Shown: piece after piece, positions 10,691-23,340 of the stretch
Layout of the letters: each line of letters starts with the position of its first letter
Numbering within the stretch: position 1 is the stretch's first letter
Assembly: GCF_009834535.1 (NCBI RefSeq)
Contig: NC_045696.1
Coordinates: 81,098,001-81,162,000, forward strand
Direction: 5' to 3'
Length of the DNA: 64,000 nucleotides
Origin: Camelus ferus
Taxonomy: Eukaryota
Translations under genes and position numbers: made by a program
Notes under the pieces: generated by a model
What the model saw: the letters and a program-made list of their open reading frames with translations, nothing else
What the model was told of the DNA's origin: nothing
Database searches by the model: none

Positions 10691-13600
10691 GAGAGTAGAG
10701 AATCTCCGTCTTGGGACACCAAGTAATGATCTTAGAGGCAGAATGAGTCTGACACCCCTTTCCCCAAGCTCCCGTGTTGGAGTGGCTTTGCTTGGCGCCC
10801 ACCCTTGTCAAAGCTTCCCTTTGTGGCTGAATGACCCACTGTGGTCCCCTTCCTTCCTTGAAGCTAAAGCTTTCCTTATTAAATAAGATGAGGAAGTCAA
10901 GGCTTCCTTAAATAAATGATCCACTTTTGCAAAATTGCCCAAATTGAGTGGGGGAAAAAAAACCTAGTGTGGTATTTTAGTTCCCTAGGTAGACTTTTCC
11001 TCTCCCTTCTATTTAACGGAGAAATAGAGTTTATCCCAGGTACAGAACATAGACATACTATGAGAGATATTATGTTTAGGTTGTCCTTTTTTGGGGAAGA
11101 AGCTGCCACCAAAATGATTTTTATGGAAATTGTATCTTGTTATGATTCTCAGCATACTGTGAGGATTTTCTCATTCATCTTCAGCTGTTTCTGGACATTG
11201 TTGTATCAGGATGGGTGCTTCAGGGTAGGTGTGTCGTTCACTGCGGGTTATGAAAGCTGACTCTGAACCGTCATTGCTGGAGGGATTGGAGACAGGAAGT
11301 AGGCAGGAGGCACCTGAACGCCTTCCTTTCTGGATTGTGAGATGATACCACGGATGCTCACATGGGTCTGATGAGGTGGAAGGACACAGCTCACAGCTCT
11401 GAGATGCACATGTGCCTTCCATCCTGGGAGATGCTGGTGTTTCAACATGAACACTCAGGGAAGCCCAGCAAGAACCACAAAATACTGGTTAGATGAAAGT
11501 TAAACACATTAAACCTTTGGATATTTCTGTTCCCCTGAAAAACGGAGATAAAAGTTCTGCTCTTCTGCTAAAGGGCATTTACTGAGTACCAATTTGCAGA
11601 GGGTAAGTGCTACTTCCCTGCTCGCCTTCTCTCTCTCTGCCAGTGGGGAACCAGGGACTGGGGGAGTGTCTCCCTCCCAGGCTGTTTAAGGTGCTACGAA
11701 CCCAGTAAAAATTGCTGTTTGAATAATGATGGCCAACTGTCTCCCCCCTCCCCCTGCCTACTGCACTACATTAAAAATGAGAGAAAATGGACCAAAGCAA
11801 CAAGGCAATTTTCATTTTTACAAGTAAAAAGAGTCTCTAAATTTAGAACAGATAACCATGGAAATTTAATAGAGTCTTAGCATTGTTGAAGGTCATCTGG
11901 ATGGATGCTTGCTTGCTTTTTGTGACATTCCTGCCAAGACTGTCATCATCCTCTGTGCCCACCTTCCCCCTTTCAGCCACTGTAGAGTGCCACCCTAGTT
12001 CTCTTCGACTTCTTTCTCCTACTCCTTTCAGCTCAATAGCCCTTTCTGTTTTTCCTTTCACCCACTAAACACCAGTGGAGACCCCTTTCCCCCAGCCCCA
12101 GTCCTCCTGACCTTTCCTCCCTTAACCACCTGAAGGGGACTCTCCCTGTCCTCTTCTACTCCTCCCTCCCCCCCGACTAAGTGTGACTGGGAGGCTTCCT
12201 CCACTGCTATTCTGCCTCTCACCCCCCCACCCCCCGTGTTTCTCTAGGTCAAGTCTCATGGGATCTATTATGATCCTTGTCAGCACTCACTATGCTATTT
12301 CTTATGTTTAGTACAGACTCAGTGAATTGAGGAATATCACACTTTGGGATACCACCATTTACCATCTATACAATGGGGACATGGTCACATACTCTGGCCA
12401 GTTACTTTTTGGGGTCTTTTTTAGAGAGCCTTTGGTCTGTGATTCGTGTGTGGAATGTCTGCTGCATGCCTCAGAGCTCCCGGTTCTTCTCAGTCCCTGA
12501 CAGTGTGTTGCTCTGGCTCCAGAACTCTGCCAGGTACTTGCCCTGATATCTGATTTCCATCATCCAGGGAGGCAGTGTGATGGAACAGCCATAAGGCCCT
12601 CCGATTAAGGACTGTCTGCTGGCAGCCACGACGGCCACTGAACCAGTAGCAAGTGGATGCTGTGTTTTTTCCTTCTAGCTCTTCTTTGGTCATTGATCAT
12701 TGAGTGCCTACTTGTTAACTCGTGTATTTGTAGTCCTGGTATTAGAGACCCAAATATACTTGTCGACCTATATTGTAGTGTCCAACAAATTATCACCAAG
12801 TTTAGGTCACACAGAACTTTACTAACAGCTGTATTTTCTCCAACCCCTTCCATTCTTAGCTCTGTAGAGCTATGGTTCTTCTGAGGAGTTAGATGAATAA
12901 TTTCTTTGGCTAGAACTCAGGGTTTTCCTCAAGTTCTTACTTACCCTCAACCTGGCCTGACTCTTTTGGTGTTCTACTGAACTAGTGCTATTTGACAACT
13001 GTGAATTTTTATTTAAAGTAATGTTTCCTAGCAAGATATCATCTTCTTACTTCTGGAGATTAAATTTGGTTAAAAAATAGAATTTGGGGATGCTCTATAG
13101 AAATTGTAGAGGAGAAAATCTATCAGTCTTTTGCATTGGTTATTGGTCACAGTCAACATAATCCATTGCATGGAGTAGGAAGAAAAGCTACCTTCTCTAT
13201 TTCTATTTTGAAGTTGTTTGAATTAAATGCATCTATTTTCTCCAGATTGCTGTTTTACTCAGTGGTTACTTCTGTATTTGTGTTGTTGTGCTCTTTTACC
13301 AAATTGGTATTTGGGAGTTCTTTGTACATTTGTTTCTTTAGCCTTTTCAAGATATACATTGGCAAACTAAGAGTAGAAAAAATTTTAAGACCGACATGTC
13401 ATCCAATTAAGATGTTCAAGTGCCTTATTTGATTGTTTCAGGGTTACTTTGTTTTCACTGAAGTATTGGGGTAGAGAATTGATAACTTATTAAATGCCCA
13501 TTACTTGAGTAATTAAAGTACTGATTAGTTTGACAAAGGACTAGTTATGTGATTGTTCCTGTACTGTGAAATCACCTTTACAAATCAACAAAAAATTATA

Positions 13601-13744
13601 TGAGGGATGCTGATTTATATGTTATTTACAAAGCTAAAGAGAATGTTACATTGTTTATCTAAAGCATTCAACTTACCAGTTTTTCTTGTGATTACCCTTT
13701 TTTTTGGTCACTTATCTTTTGATTTAATTGATTATAAGATTTCC

Positions 13745-13880
13745 CTGCAGAGTTAGACAGCCTGCATTCAAATCCCACACTTACTAATGTGTAACTCTTA
13801 ACACATTGCTTACCCTTTATCTGTTTCCTCATCTGTAAGATGGAATAGTGATTGTACCTACCTCTACCAACCTGTGTGAG
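13745..13880 (+). mobile_element. MIR SINE
   Basis: gagttagacagcctgcattcaaatccc...tgtttcctcatctgtaagatgg...gtacctacctc. Confidence 0.85.
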
Positions 13881-14059
13881 CTTATAAAGTCAGCTTTATT
13901 GATTTTTTTTATTGTACTGTTTTGAGGACAATTATATCTGACCTAATGATTTAAAAAAAAAAGATGCTGGGTTTCAAAATTCTAATTATGTTAAAGGTTT
14001 GAATTGAGCTGATATGTTGTAGGCTTGGCATAGAGGAAATTCTGCCTAGAGTCAGTATT

Positions 14060-14280
14060 GTAGCTGAGTGGAGAAACTGCCAGCCTGGTTTCTGGCAGTT
14101 CTGGTTCCTACCCCAAGTTCTGTCAATTACGTGCTTGGAAAAATCACTTAACTGCTCCAAGCCTTCGAGTCCCTGTCTGTGAAAATGGGGAAAATAATAT
14201 TTTCGTTGCCAAAGCTTACAAGATTCATGAGGGAATTAATTAACACAATCAATGAAAGACTGTATATGAACTTTATTTTT
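14060..14280 (+). mobile_element. MIR SINE (degenerate)
   Basis: tcacttaactgctccaagcct...tctgtgaaaatggggaaaataata. Confidence 0.65.
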
Positions 14281-14560
14281 TTAATTAAACTGCACACTCT
14301 GCAGTTGTGAAGTAAGTTTGACTGAAGGCTGGCAGGAATTCTGGATTCCTTAGATTTTCTTTAGCTCTTTTTATTTTTTTAAACTCAAGACACAAACTAT
14401 CTTTAGTAACAGCCAAACATGTGTGAGATCAGATTGCTCATGATTTCTTAACGAATGTGTTATGAAGATTCATTAAATTAATGAACAGATGGAAATTAGT
14501 TGCCGTGATAGGAAACAAAGTTGGCAAGTTTTATGTTTTATTCTTTTTACTTATTCCTTA

Positions 14561-14768
14561 CAGTGGTTCTCAGTCAGGGGTAGAGGCTTTTGGAAATGCA
14601 GTGTGGAGGTGGGGGGCATTTTGCTCATCATATTGAATGGAGTGTCATAATGGCATTTGGTGAGCAGGGGCCAGAGATGCTAACTAACCTCTTTGCAATG
14701 AGCAGGGCAGTCCAGCTTAACAAAGACTTGCCTGCTTAAAATTCTAATAGTGCCCCCATTAAAAGTAA
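14561..14768. mobile_element. hAT-Charlie MITE (MER20/MER20B-like)
   Basis: cagtggttctca start; tggcatttggtgagcaggggccagagatgctaa...tgcaatg...gggcagtcc...aatagtgccccc. Confidence 0.7.
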
Positions 14769-15074
14769 CTCGTTCCCTGATTTCTGTAGCCTTACATAGG
14801 TCATACGTGTGACTTTTTACAGTAGTACCCAGCAAGTATCACTTTACCAAAGACAAGTGGCTGCCCTTCATGTTTTGATTAATAGGGACTGCTTCTCCCA
14901 CATCTGTCTCATCTTCTTGATTTCATTCTCATGGCTATAACCACGCCCCGGAGCCTTTTGCCTTTGAGTCTCTGTAGATGTGCGTGGTATGAAAGCCAGG
15001 AGTAGGTCAACAGTTGTTGCTGTGATAAACAAGACCAAGTAAAGCCTCTGGCCTGTCAACACTTTTTTCCCCCA

Positions 15075-15730
15075 ATTTTTAGAATTTACTTTTTTTTTCA
15101 CTAGTTTTTGAGTAATACATTCCCATAGTTCAAAAATTGAAACAACATGAACCATATACTTTAAAAAGTCTCACTTCTGTTCTTGGGCTAATCTGTCCAC
15201 TGCCTTGGTCCACCTCCTACAAGTAGCCATTGTTTTGAGTTTCTTAGTACATTTTCATCATTTCTTTATTTGAACAAGTTGGGGTGTGTAGTAATGTACC
15301 TTCCTTTCTAATGCAAAGCTCTTGTCTGTTTGTTTTCTTAGTTTCTTGTGTGCCCCTCACTGGTGTATCCCTACACCCTTGCTCGTGTAAGAACTGCCCT
15401 CTCACAATATATTTAGCTACAGCAGGTGTTTAGCTCTTTCGTCTGCTTGGAGTCCTTTCTTCTGGAGCCTTGGATCAGCTCCAGTGTGGATGACCTGTTG
15501 TCCTCCCATCCTTTCCTTTCACCCTCATCCTTTCCCCTCTGTGTTGAATCTCCATTTCTAGATTCCATACCTGCTCTTTCTTAGTTTACTCCCTTATTTT
15601 CAAGGAGCACATCTTTCAGGAGTTTTTGGAGAGAGGTGGAAAATTTTAGACACTGTGCATCTTGCGTATGTCTTTATCATATTCTCGTGATTTCTGGATG
15701 GTTTCACTTGGTAAAGAATTTGAGGTTGGA
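15075..15730 (-). mobile_element. Old L1 (L1ME-like) fragments
   Basis: gtaatacattcccatagttcaaaa...aaaagtctc...; T/C-rich antisense L1-like text. Highly degraded. Confidence 0.45.
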
Positions 15731-17207
15731 AGCCTTACTTTATTTATAGACCTGTGATTATATAGGTCATGAATAAGTGTGTGAATTTATTTCCTCCAAA
15801 AGATGGGAACGTTGATTGATTTGAGTTGGATATATTTTAATGTGATTCTGCCTACTCTGGAACAAAAAATACTAATAAACAATATAGAGAAAAAATTCCA
15901 AATTTTGGAGAGCTACCCTTGGGTTTGAGTACTTTGTCTCTCCTACTAGGAATTAAGGATGTTTTCTGAGGATGAAAAAAGGATACTTTTTATGAGGTGA
16001 TTAATGTTGCTGTAAGGATGCTATTGTAGGCATTGTTCATTGTATTACTGTCAGTTTATGAAGGAAAAAAATGTTCATGCTTCAGTAACGGCACTACCAG
16101 CACTTCCCCTTAGTTTTGGAAATCATCAGTTATTCTGCTTACCCTGTTTCCTTTTTTGCATTTACTGTCAGGAGATTCACAGCCAAATTTGAGACCCACT
16201 GCTAGCATCAAAGAAAACGGAGCTGTTTGCATGTCCATTCATTTCCATTGGGCACCAAATATATTTTTCTCCTACCCTTCAGTTTACTTGAAACTAATTG
16301 CCTCGCTTTCTTTTCTTAATTTTGTTCTTCATGTGTCTTTGCCAACCTCCACAAGTCCTTTTCAAATGAAGTGGGGGCAGCAACAGTGGAACACCCAGGC
16401 TCAGAATGTCTTACCCTAGAACATCCTCACATGGGCTTTCTAAAGGGAACATTATTTTCCATTTTTTAAGCCTTTTGTACTGCCGTATTTATAGTAAAAA
16501 TGGTACCAGCCATCTTTAGTCATTATCACAAGCATGCTCAACCACCAGCTATTCAAAAGTAAGTATGAATGGAAACCTATAGAAATATATGGTCATTAAC
16601 ATCTCTTGTTTGCGGGGTTTAACACCCCACATAGCCTGTTAATTTTCCTTTTAATGGAGGAGTAACCGCTGACTTCTATTTCACTAATTCCTAAGAAACA
16701 GGGATCCCTTCCCTTGGTTCCAGAAATAAATAACAGCAGTACCAGCGATGACAATAACATCTAATTTATTGAGCTCTTGTTTTGTGTGAGACACTGGGCT
16801 GTGTTTAAATGCATTACTTAATTCTTCCAGCTGCCCTATGAGTTTGCTAATAAACTGCGTCTTTGCTCGTTCGTGCCAATTTCTCCTGAAACTCCCACAT
16901 TTATATTCATTTGACCATCAGCTTCTCAGTTGGTCTTTGCATTACCAGCTGAGCGCTATGGGGAAGAACGATTCCCTGGTGCACATGGGTGCCCCCAGAC
17001 ATTCCATGCAATGGTTGCCCCCACCCTGCCCTCAGACGCCTTGCTCTGAGTAGTGCCCAGAGACCACGCTAAGACTGTACTGCTCCTAAAGTTCTCTCTT
17101 GGCATTATCCCTAGGTCAGAGAAGTTTGAACTCTTCCCTCCTTCAGTTTCTTGCCTTTATGTCTGTGAATGTGTTTTCTTCTGGACTCAACTTCACCTTC
17201 TTTCTAA

Positions 17208-17381
17208 CTGTGATTCTTAACCACCACTGTGCACCTGAATCAGTTGGGAACTTTAAAAAATACTCAGCCTGGTCCCTGTTCTCGAAGATGATAGTTCAGT
17301 AGGTCTTGTGGGGACCAGGTGTGTGGTGGTCGTAAAAATCTTCTCGAAAGATTCTGGTGTGCTCCTTGGGTAAGAATCACT
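17208..17381. mobile_element. hAT-Charlie MITE (MER5A/B)
   Basis: Imperfect TIRs ctgtgattctta...taagaatcactg; internal gaatcagttgggaactttaaaaaatac...ttcagtaggtct. Confidence 0.8.
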
Positions 17382-18354
17382 GGACTGGGCTCCCTACGAT
17401 GAAAAATGCCTCTTTTGGTTGACAGCGTTCCTCACCTAGGCTTCGGTTCCTAGCCCCATCTTTTCTCTTGTAGGATTAGAACTGCCCCTCATTGTAACTT
17501 CAAACACAGATTGGATTCTTCTCTTGACTCTTTGACTGGTCTGTGTCTCTCTTGCCATTCTCAGATAAGCCCTTAAAGGATAGTTTATATTTTTTACTCT
17601 ATGTGATTCTGACTTTCATCTTACTTACTCACTCTGGTAAAGACCATCAGTGCTCACTAGAAGCCAGATCCAGGGAGCACTTTTAGGATCTGTCCCATCA
17701 CAGCTTCTTTGGGACACGTGAGGCTCAGAGGACTCTCTTCCCTTTCCCTAGCCTTTTGTGACACCGTCCACTCTTAGTTCTCTTAATTCTCTTGCTCAAT
17801 CTCTAAAACATAATTTTTTAGTGTTTTTTTTTAGTGTTTCTAAAACATAATTTTTTCAGAAAGATTAAGAATAGAATGGAATTTTACTTTATTTACAAAA
17901 TGGGGTAGTGGAAAAGCATTGTTGAGTAGAAAATGTCTTTCTGGCAGTAGTCTTGAGTCTAGCATTTTTTATGAGGAAAATGAGGACATTAGGGGATGAA
18001 TTTGGTCTGATTTCTTAAAACCTCTGTAAATCAGATTCAGAAAATTTGAAGTTTTAGGTCTTCGGTTTAATCCTAGGGTGGCAAGAGAATTGTGGGTCCA
18101 CAATTCAAAAAAATCAGTCAATCCTTAGATCATATTTGAATGTAGTAACTGACTGGAAGCTAGGTGGGATCTAGGACACCCTTGTATATATATTCCAGGG
18201 AGAGCCTAAATACTTAGGTGTTCTGGGACCCTGACTATGGACCTGCTTCCCAGAAACCTGCTGGACAATTATGTGCAGCCCAGAGCAGGACAGCCCATCA
18301 GTCAACACTCTTTACTTCCTTATGCTTCAATTTGTTTTTGTTCCTTCCTCCCCT

Positions 18355-18830
18355 TCATACGGAAGTAAAGCATACTTCATGTAGAAAACTTAGAAAATAT
18401 TGAAAAAGAATGGAAAATGAAATAAATTTTATTATCACCCATTATTCCATCACCCAGATATAAACACCAGTAAACATTCTGGCGAATTTCCTTCCAGTAT
18501 TCTTGTTTATGCAAATACTCCCGTGCATGTTTTTATCAATTAAATTTGGATCAAGCTGTATATAGTATTGTTTATTCTGTGTTTTTGGTAATGATCTTTA
18601 TTATGTCATGAAAACTTCATATCAACATGATTTTTTTTAATGGCTGCCTAGTATTCTAGCATGGAGATGTTCATAATTTATTTAACTAATCCCCTGTTGT
18701 TGAACATTTAGGCCATTTCCAATTTGTGCTCTTATAAATAATGCTACATTTAATACCCTTGAACATAATTGCTTGTGCATTACTGATTATTTCTGTAGGA
18801 CATATTTCTAGATGCTGACTGTTGCTGAGT
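18355..18830 (-). mobile_element. Old L1 3' end (L1ME-like)
   Basis: tgtagaaaacttagaaaata...atggctgcctagtattc...taatttatttaactaatcccctgttgttgaacatttagg...tttccaattt...ataaataatgct. Confidence 0.85.
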
Positions 18831-19129
18831 TTCAGGGTGAGACCAGCAGTCTTGTGATTGATTGGCCTCCAGCTAAACCAGCCTCCAAGAGGGAGGGAGG
18901 CTTAGGGGCTGAGGGAATTTCCCTGCTGCTTGAATTTGTTCACATCTGCTTGAGATCTTCTAGACTGCAAGTTGGATTTCAGAATAAAGAATTTCTTCAG
19001 GAATCTATAAATGGAAGCTTTGTCACAGGTGAAGTTGAATACCTATGCTTCAGAATAAATCCTATTTGCGAGAGACTGGTTCTGAATTGTCTCTGTTCTC
19101 TGCATGCTTTGAGTGAGTTGTCAGTTATT

Positions 19130-19480
19130 TCGGAGAACAGCAACGGGGCACCTACTATTTGTCAGACAGCATGCTTGCCTCTGGGGTATAAAAGTAACTA
19201 ATTCCTCCAGGCACTCACTTGCAGTGCAGGAGATAGGGAAATGGCTTCTGGTGGGTAAGAATGGCCATGGGAGCACAGAAAAGAGAGTCTCCAATTTGGG
19301 AGGCCTAGGGGCTCAGGAAAGCCAGGAACGCTGCAACAATGATGTCTGAGCTGAATCTTGAAGAACAAGAAACACTTATTTTGCAGAGAGGGAAAGGTGT
19401 TCCCAGGGTTGGAAGGGAATTGCAAAAATTAGGGCATTGTGATGGTGACGTGACAAGTCAAGGGGACCGTGAGTACATTC
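19130..19480 (-). mobile_element. L2 LINE fragment
   Basis: gcacctactatttgtcagacagcatgct...tctggggtata...gatgtctgagctgaatcttgaaga...gggaaaggtgttcccagg. Confidence 0.7.
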
Positions 19481-19494
19481 CCATAGGTGGCATC

Positions 19495-19642
19495 TAGGCA
19501 GAACCTCCCAACTTCTGTGCCACACGAAGTGACAGGTCTGCATAGACAGTGACCCCGTCAGTCCTGGGTCTGATCCCCTCGGCCCCGGGTAGGTTCACCC
19601 ATTACCTCAGTGCACCATGTGAAAAAGCTTAGGTGACACTGA
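19495..19642. mobile_element. Possible hAT-type MITE inside the L2
   Basis: cctcccaacttctgtgcc...ttacctcagtgcacc...aaaaagcttaggtgacactg resembles hAT MITE ends; family not resolved. Confidence 0.35.
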
Positions 19643-21724
19643 TTTGGGCACATGGTGGAGGGATAATGGGGGATGGACTGGAAAGGTGGGCCGAGTACAG
19701 GTTGTGAAGGGCATGTGGGCCATGCAAGGAGAAGTTTGGATTCCTTTTTCAGCTATTTTGGGACCGTCCCCCTGTTACGGGCCACTGTGGAGGTGGAAAC
19801 TATGGGTCCTCAAATCACTTACGAGCACACACAGATGGCATCCTTTTTTTTTACTGTCCTAGCAACTCCACAATATGCATTCTTCCTTCCAAATAACAAT
19901 TTGATGCTATTAGCTCTGCACACTGACCTGCTTCACACCTCTTTGGGGAAAATATTGCAGTGTTGGAACTATACAGTGGAAGCTTGCAGTTGTAAGGTCT
20001 GTTTTGAGCTGGCAAAAGGTGACAGTCTAAGGAGGAATGATTTGAAAAGTGCTAATAGTAAAACATCAGTTATTTTGGTATCTCCAAAAGTTCTGTGCTA
20101 TTTACTGTGACTGGTGTGAAAAGAATCAGTAAATGGGAAAATCGTGTTTTGGCCAACGTAAATTAAACCTGCACGTATCACCGCTGTGTTTTCTCTTTCC
20201 AGCATTTCCTACTCATTACACCTCACTTCATATCTGAGGTCTAAGAATTCCTCAGTAGTGAGGTTAGGAAAAAGATTAAAATGTTAAGATTTCTAAAGAG
20301 ATATTAGATAGCCCTTTGCTTTACTATTTTTTTATGTTTGTTTTGTAGATATTGTAAATCTAGACCATAGAACTAAGCAGAAAAGAAAATAAAGGGGTTT
20401 ATGTTGTGTAATAGTTTTACTGATAAACTCTACATACTGATGTCTAGTATATATGCATTATCTGAATGAATTTGGGGTTTTGGAAATTATACAAGCCTTT
20501 GTATATGTCTTTTCTTTGAGATGTAAATATACTACAGTGATATCTCTGTTTTCAAATGTGAATGGACTTCTTTCTAACTTGTCATTTTTCAGCTTCATTT
20601 GTTACTGCATGGAGGAATCTTTTTTTTTTTTTTTTTTCTCCCTGTTCCTAACTAATTGCATGTCAAGATTAGGAGAATCTGGAGTTCACATGGGTGGCTG
20701 AGCAGTCAGCATATTTTCATGCCAGTTGCCATGAAGTATTTAGAATCTTTTCTTGGTGGGGCTGACCTCGCATCTTTTTGAGCAGTAGTACAACACGAGT
20801 CTAAGACACTCAGAAATACCACATTAAAATTCAGAGGCATTTCTGTCTTGGCCAACTTCTTAACCCCCTCAACATTGCTAACGTAGAGGTAAGTAATATA
20901 CGCCTAGGTCTGTCACCTCTCTGTGTCCGTCAATCTGGCCACGACTCACAGAAGAGGTGTGCGGCAGACCGTGGAAAACAAGGCAGGCATTCAGTAGGAA
21001 AATCAGAGACAGATGCCCTTAGCACTCTTGTATCGAAGGCTTTAGGGACTGACACATCAGACCCGCACTGATTTGTGAGCGTGTAGATAGATTTCCCAGA
21101 TGCCACGTTTCAGAGGCTCTCAGATGAAGCTTCTGTACCTCAACTTTCTCCTGCCACCCCCTGCACACTTTCTGGTCATCATATGATGACATCACACAAT
21201 GGCAGTGTGTTCCTGGCAATTTAGACTCTTGGTGGGAAGTAGATTTACCTAAATTTTTGTAAACATACTTGCTGGAAAGTAGGTCTAAAAAAATAGACTA
21301 TGCCTAATTGGTTGATATTTCTGTAGGTCTTCAATATTATTTTGTTTCTTAACAAACCTTTAGTGATTTCATTATTAAAATTACAATATTAGTGGACAGG
21401 GTCTTAAAGAAAAATGGCTTTAAAATGGAGTTTTGAGAGTCAAAGGAGGAAACCAAGAATGGCTAGGAAGTGGGGACATCTTGATTCTATTAAGTTCGCT
21501 TGTCTTCTTGCTACTGGCTGTCTTTAACAGCTAGAAAATTTCAATTCTTACAAGATGGTATCTGCACATATATGAATAATTGATATGTAAGTACTTATCA
21601 GGTTGATGAAGACTTAACACTGGCATTGACCGTCTGTCTTTGGCCGAATAGGTTGATTTGGTACCATAAGTCATTAGTGTACTTTTATCTTTTTGTCTCC
21701 TGGGAATCCATATGGAAGCTGGTG

Positions 21725-21965
21725 AGCCCAGTTCCTCAAAAGTTTAAATAGAGTTACCCTATGACTGAGCAGTTCCTCTCCTAGCTATTATATTCCCAAG
21801 AGAAATGAAAACATTTGTCCGTACAAAATAAGTTGTATGTAAATAATCATAGCAGTGTTATCCTTAGTTGCCAAAAGGTGGAAACAACCCAAAAGTCCAT
21901 GAGCTGATAAATGGATAAACAAAATTTAGTCTCTTCATACAGAGGAATATTATTTGACTATAATC
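21725..21965 (+). mobile_element. L1 (L1MB/MC-like) ORF2-end/3'UTR fragment
   Basis: cagttcctcaaaagtttaaatagagttaccctatgac...cccaagagaaatgaaaacat...ccaaaaggtggaaacaacccaaa...ataaatggataaacaaaat. Confidence 0.9.
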
Positions 21966-22231
21966 ATAAATTAAAAAAAAATCCCTGATCCAGAAAAAAA
22001 GCTGATGCATCATAGAAGATATCTCTTTCCAATATATAATTTAAAAAATGAAATGGCATTCCACAGATACTTACTGCTTCATCTGACTGTCATCGTCATC
22101 ACTCTCATCAGCACATCACCACTTCCCAATTTCTTGAGCGCCCGTGTGCATCTCCAGTGCCCTGTGCGATGTAATGGAGCATGTAATGTGACCTCTGTGA
22201 TTGGAGAAAGGGACATTAGTAATACTAGTGG

Positions 22232-22485
22232 TAATAATTGAGACCATTTACTAGGGGCCTGTTAAATGCCAAGCACTGTTCGAGGAGCTTTATATGGAAT
22301 CTTTAATTTAATTCCTAGAATGACCCTATGAGATATGTACGCTAATCCCTATTTTACTGATGCCAAAACTAAGGCTGAGGGAGATTAAGTAAAGTGTTCA
22401 GAATCACAGAGCTGGTTAGTAAGAGAAGGATTAGGAATCTCAACACAGGGTAATACCAGAGTCTATAGTCTTAACGACTATGCGA
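22232..22485 (-). mobile_element. MIR SINE, near full length
   Basis: tgccaagcactgtt...atttaattcc...ccctatgag...cctattttactgatg...aaactaaggctgagggagattaagtaa...tcttaacgactatgc. Confidence 0.85.
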
Positions 22486-22859
22486 TGTTTGCTTTTACAA
22501 TACCAGTGTTTCGTGAGCTTCTAAAACCCAGGCTCCACTTCATGAAACTATCCTGCCTCCCTTTGGCTGAAAATCACTTATTTTCATTTCTTTCTCCACC
22601 TGCCAAGATCACTTTGTCAGTTCTTTAATTTGTAATGAAAAAAGAGAATATTTGTTTTCTAGATGTAAAATTGTACTGAACATGCATTCAAATGGCATAT
22701 TTTCTCTGGATTTTTAGACATGCTTTCTGCCCCCAGTATACAACCTTGAGAGTCTGGGGCACAAGGCTGTTTCACCAATTTGAGAATTCATTTTCAAAAG
22801 GGTATTTCACAGTGGAAAGTAGTATTTGATCAGTGCCAGATACTAGAATAAGCTTTCAG

Positions 22860-22990
22860 AATAACAGAATTGTAGATTGTAAGGGAACTTAGAGACCATC
22901 AGTCTAGAATTTTCATTTTTCAGACAAGGGGGACCTGAGCCTTTAAGAGTAACCAAGAAGATGTGAAATCCTATCTAGTTTCTGATGAGC
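22860..22990 (-). mobile_element. MIR3-like SINE fragment
   Basis: aagggaacttagagaccatcagtctag...ttcatttttcagacaagg. Confidence 0.6.
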
Positions 22991-23059
22991 TAGAAAGTCA
23001 TTATCTTTGTGAACTTGAGTCACCTTATGAACAGAGGAAGAGAAAGAATGTCCTGAAGT

Positions 23060-23340
23060 TTGTCCATCCATCCTTTCAATAATTTTGTTTGATCTCCAAC
23101 TCCATACTGGGCAGCGTCCCAAGGTTTTTGCGTCCGGAATATGCAAGATGCAGCCTTTGCCTTCAAAGGAGTCACCGTCTATTGGAGGATATAGAGAAAG
23201 AGCTGCAGATTATGGTGTGAAAATGCTAAAGCGAAGCAAGGAGGTTGTAGGACATCAGAGGAAGACATTTATTTCAACCTCAGAGAAAGAGGTTCCAGGT
23301 AGTCAGTACTTGACCTGAATGCTGAAAATTTTATGGAGTT
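23060..23340 (-). mobile_element. L2 LINE fragment
   Basis: ccatccatcctttcaataa...cagcctttgccttcaaggagtcaccgtcta. Confidence 0.6.

Noticed and set aside
19673..20110. 145-aa ORF
   Set aside because: Begins in decayed L2-like sequence; no homology recognised and no supporting splice or promoter context.
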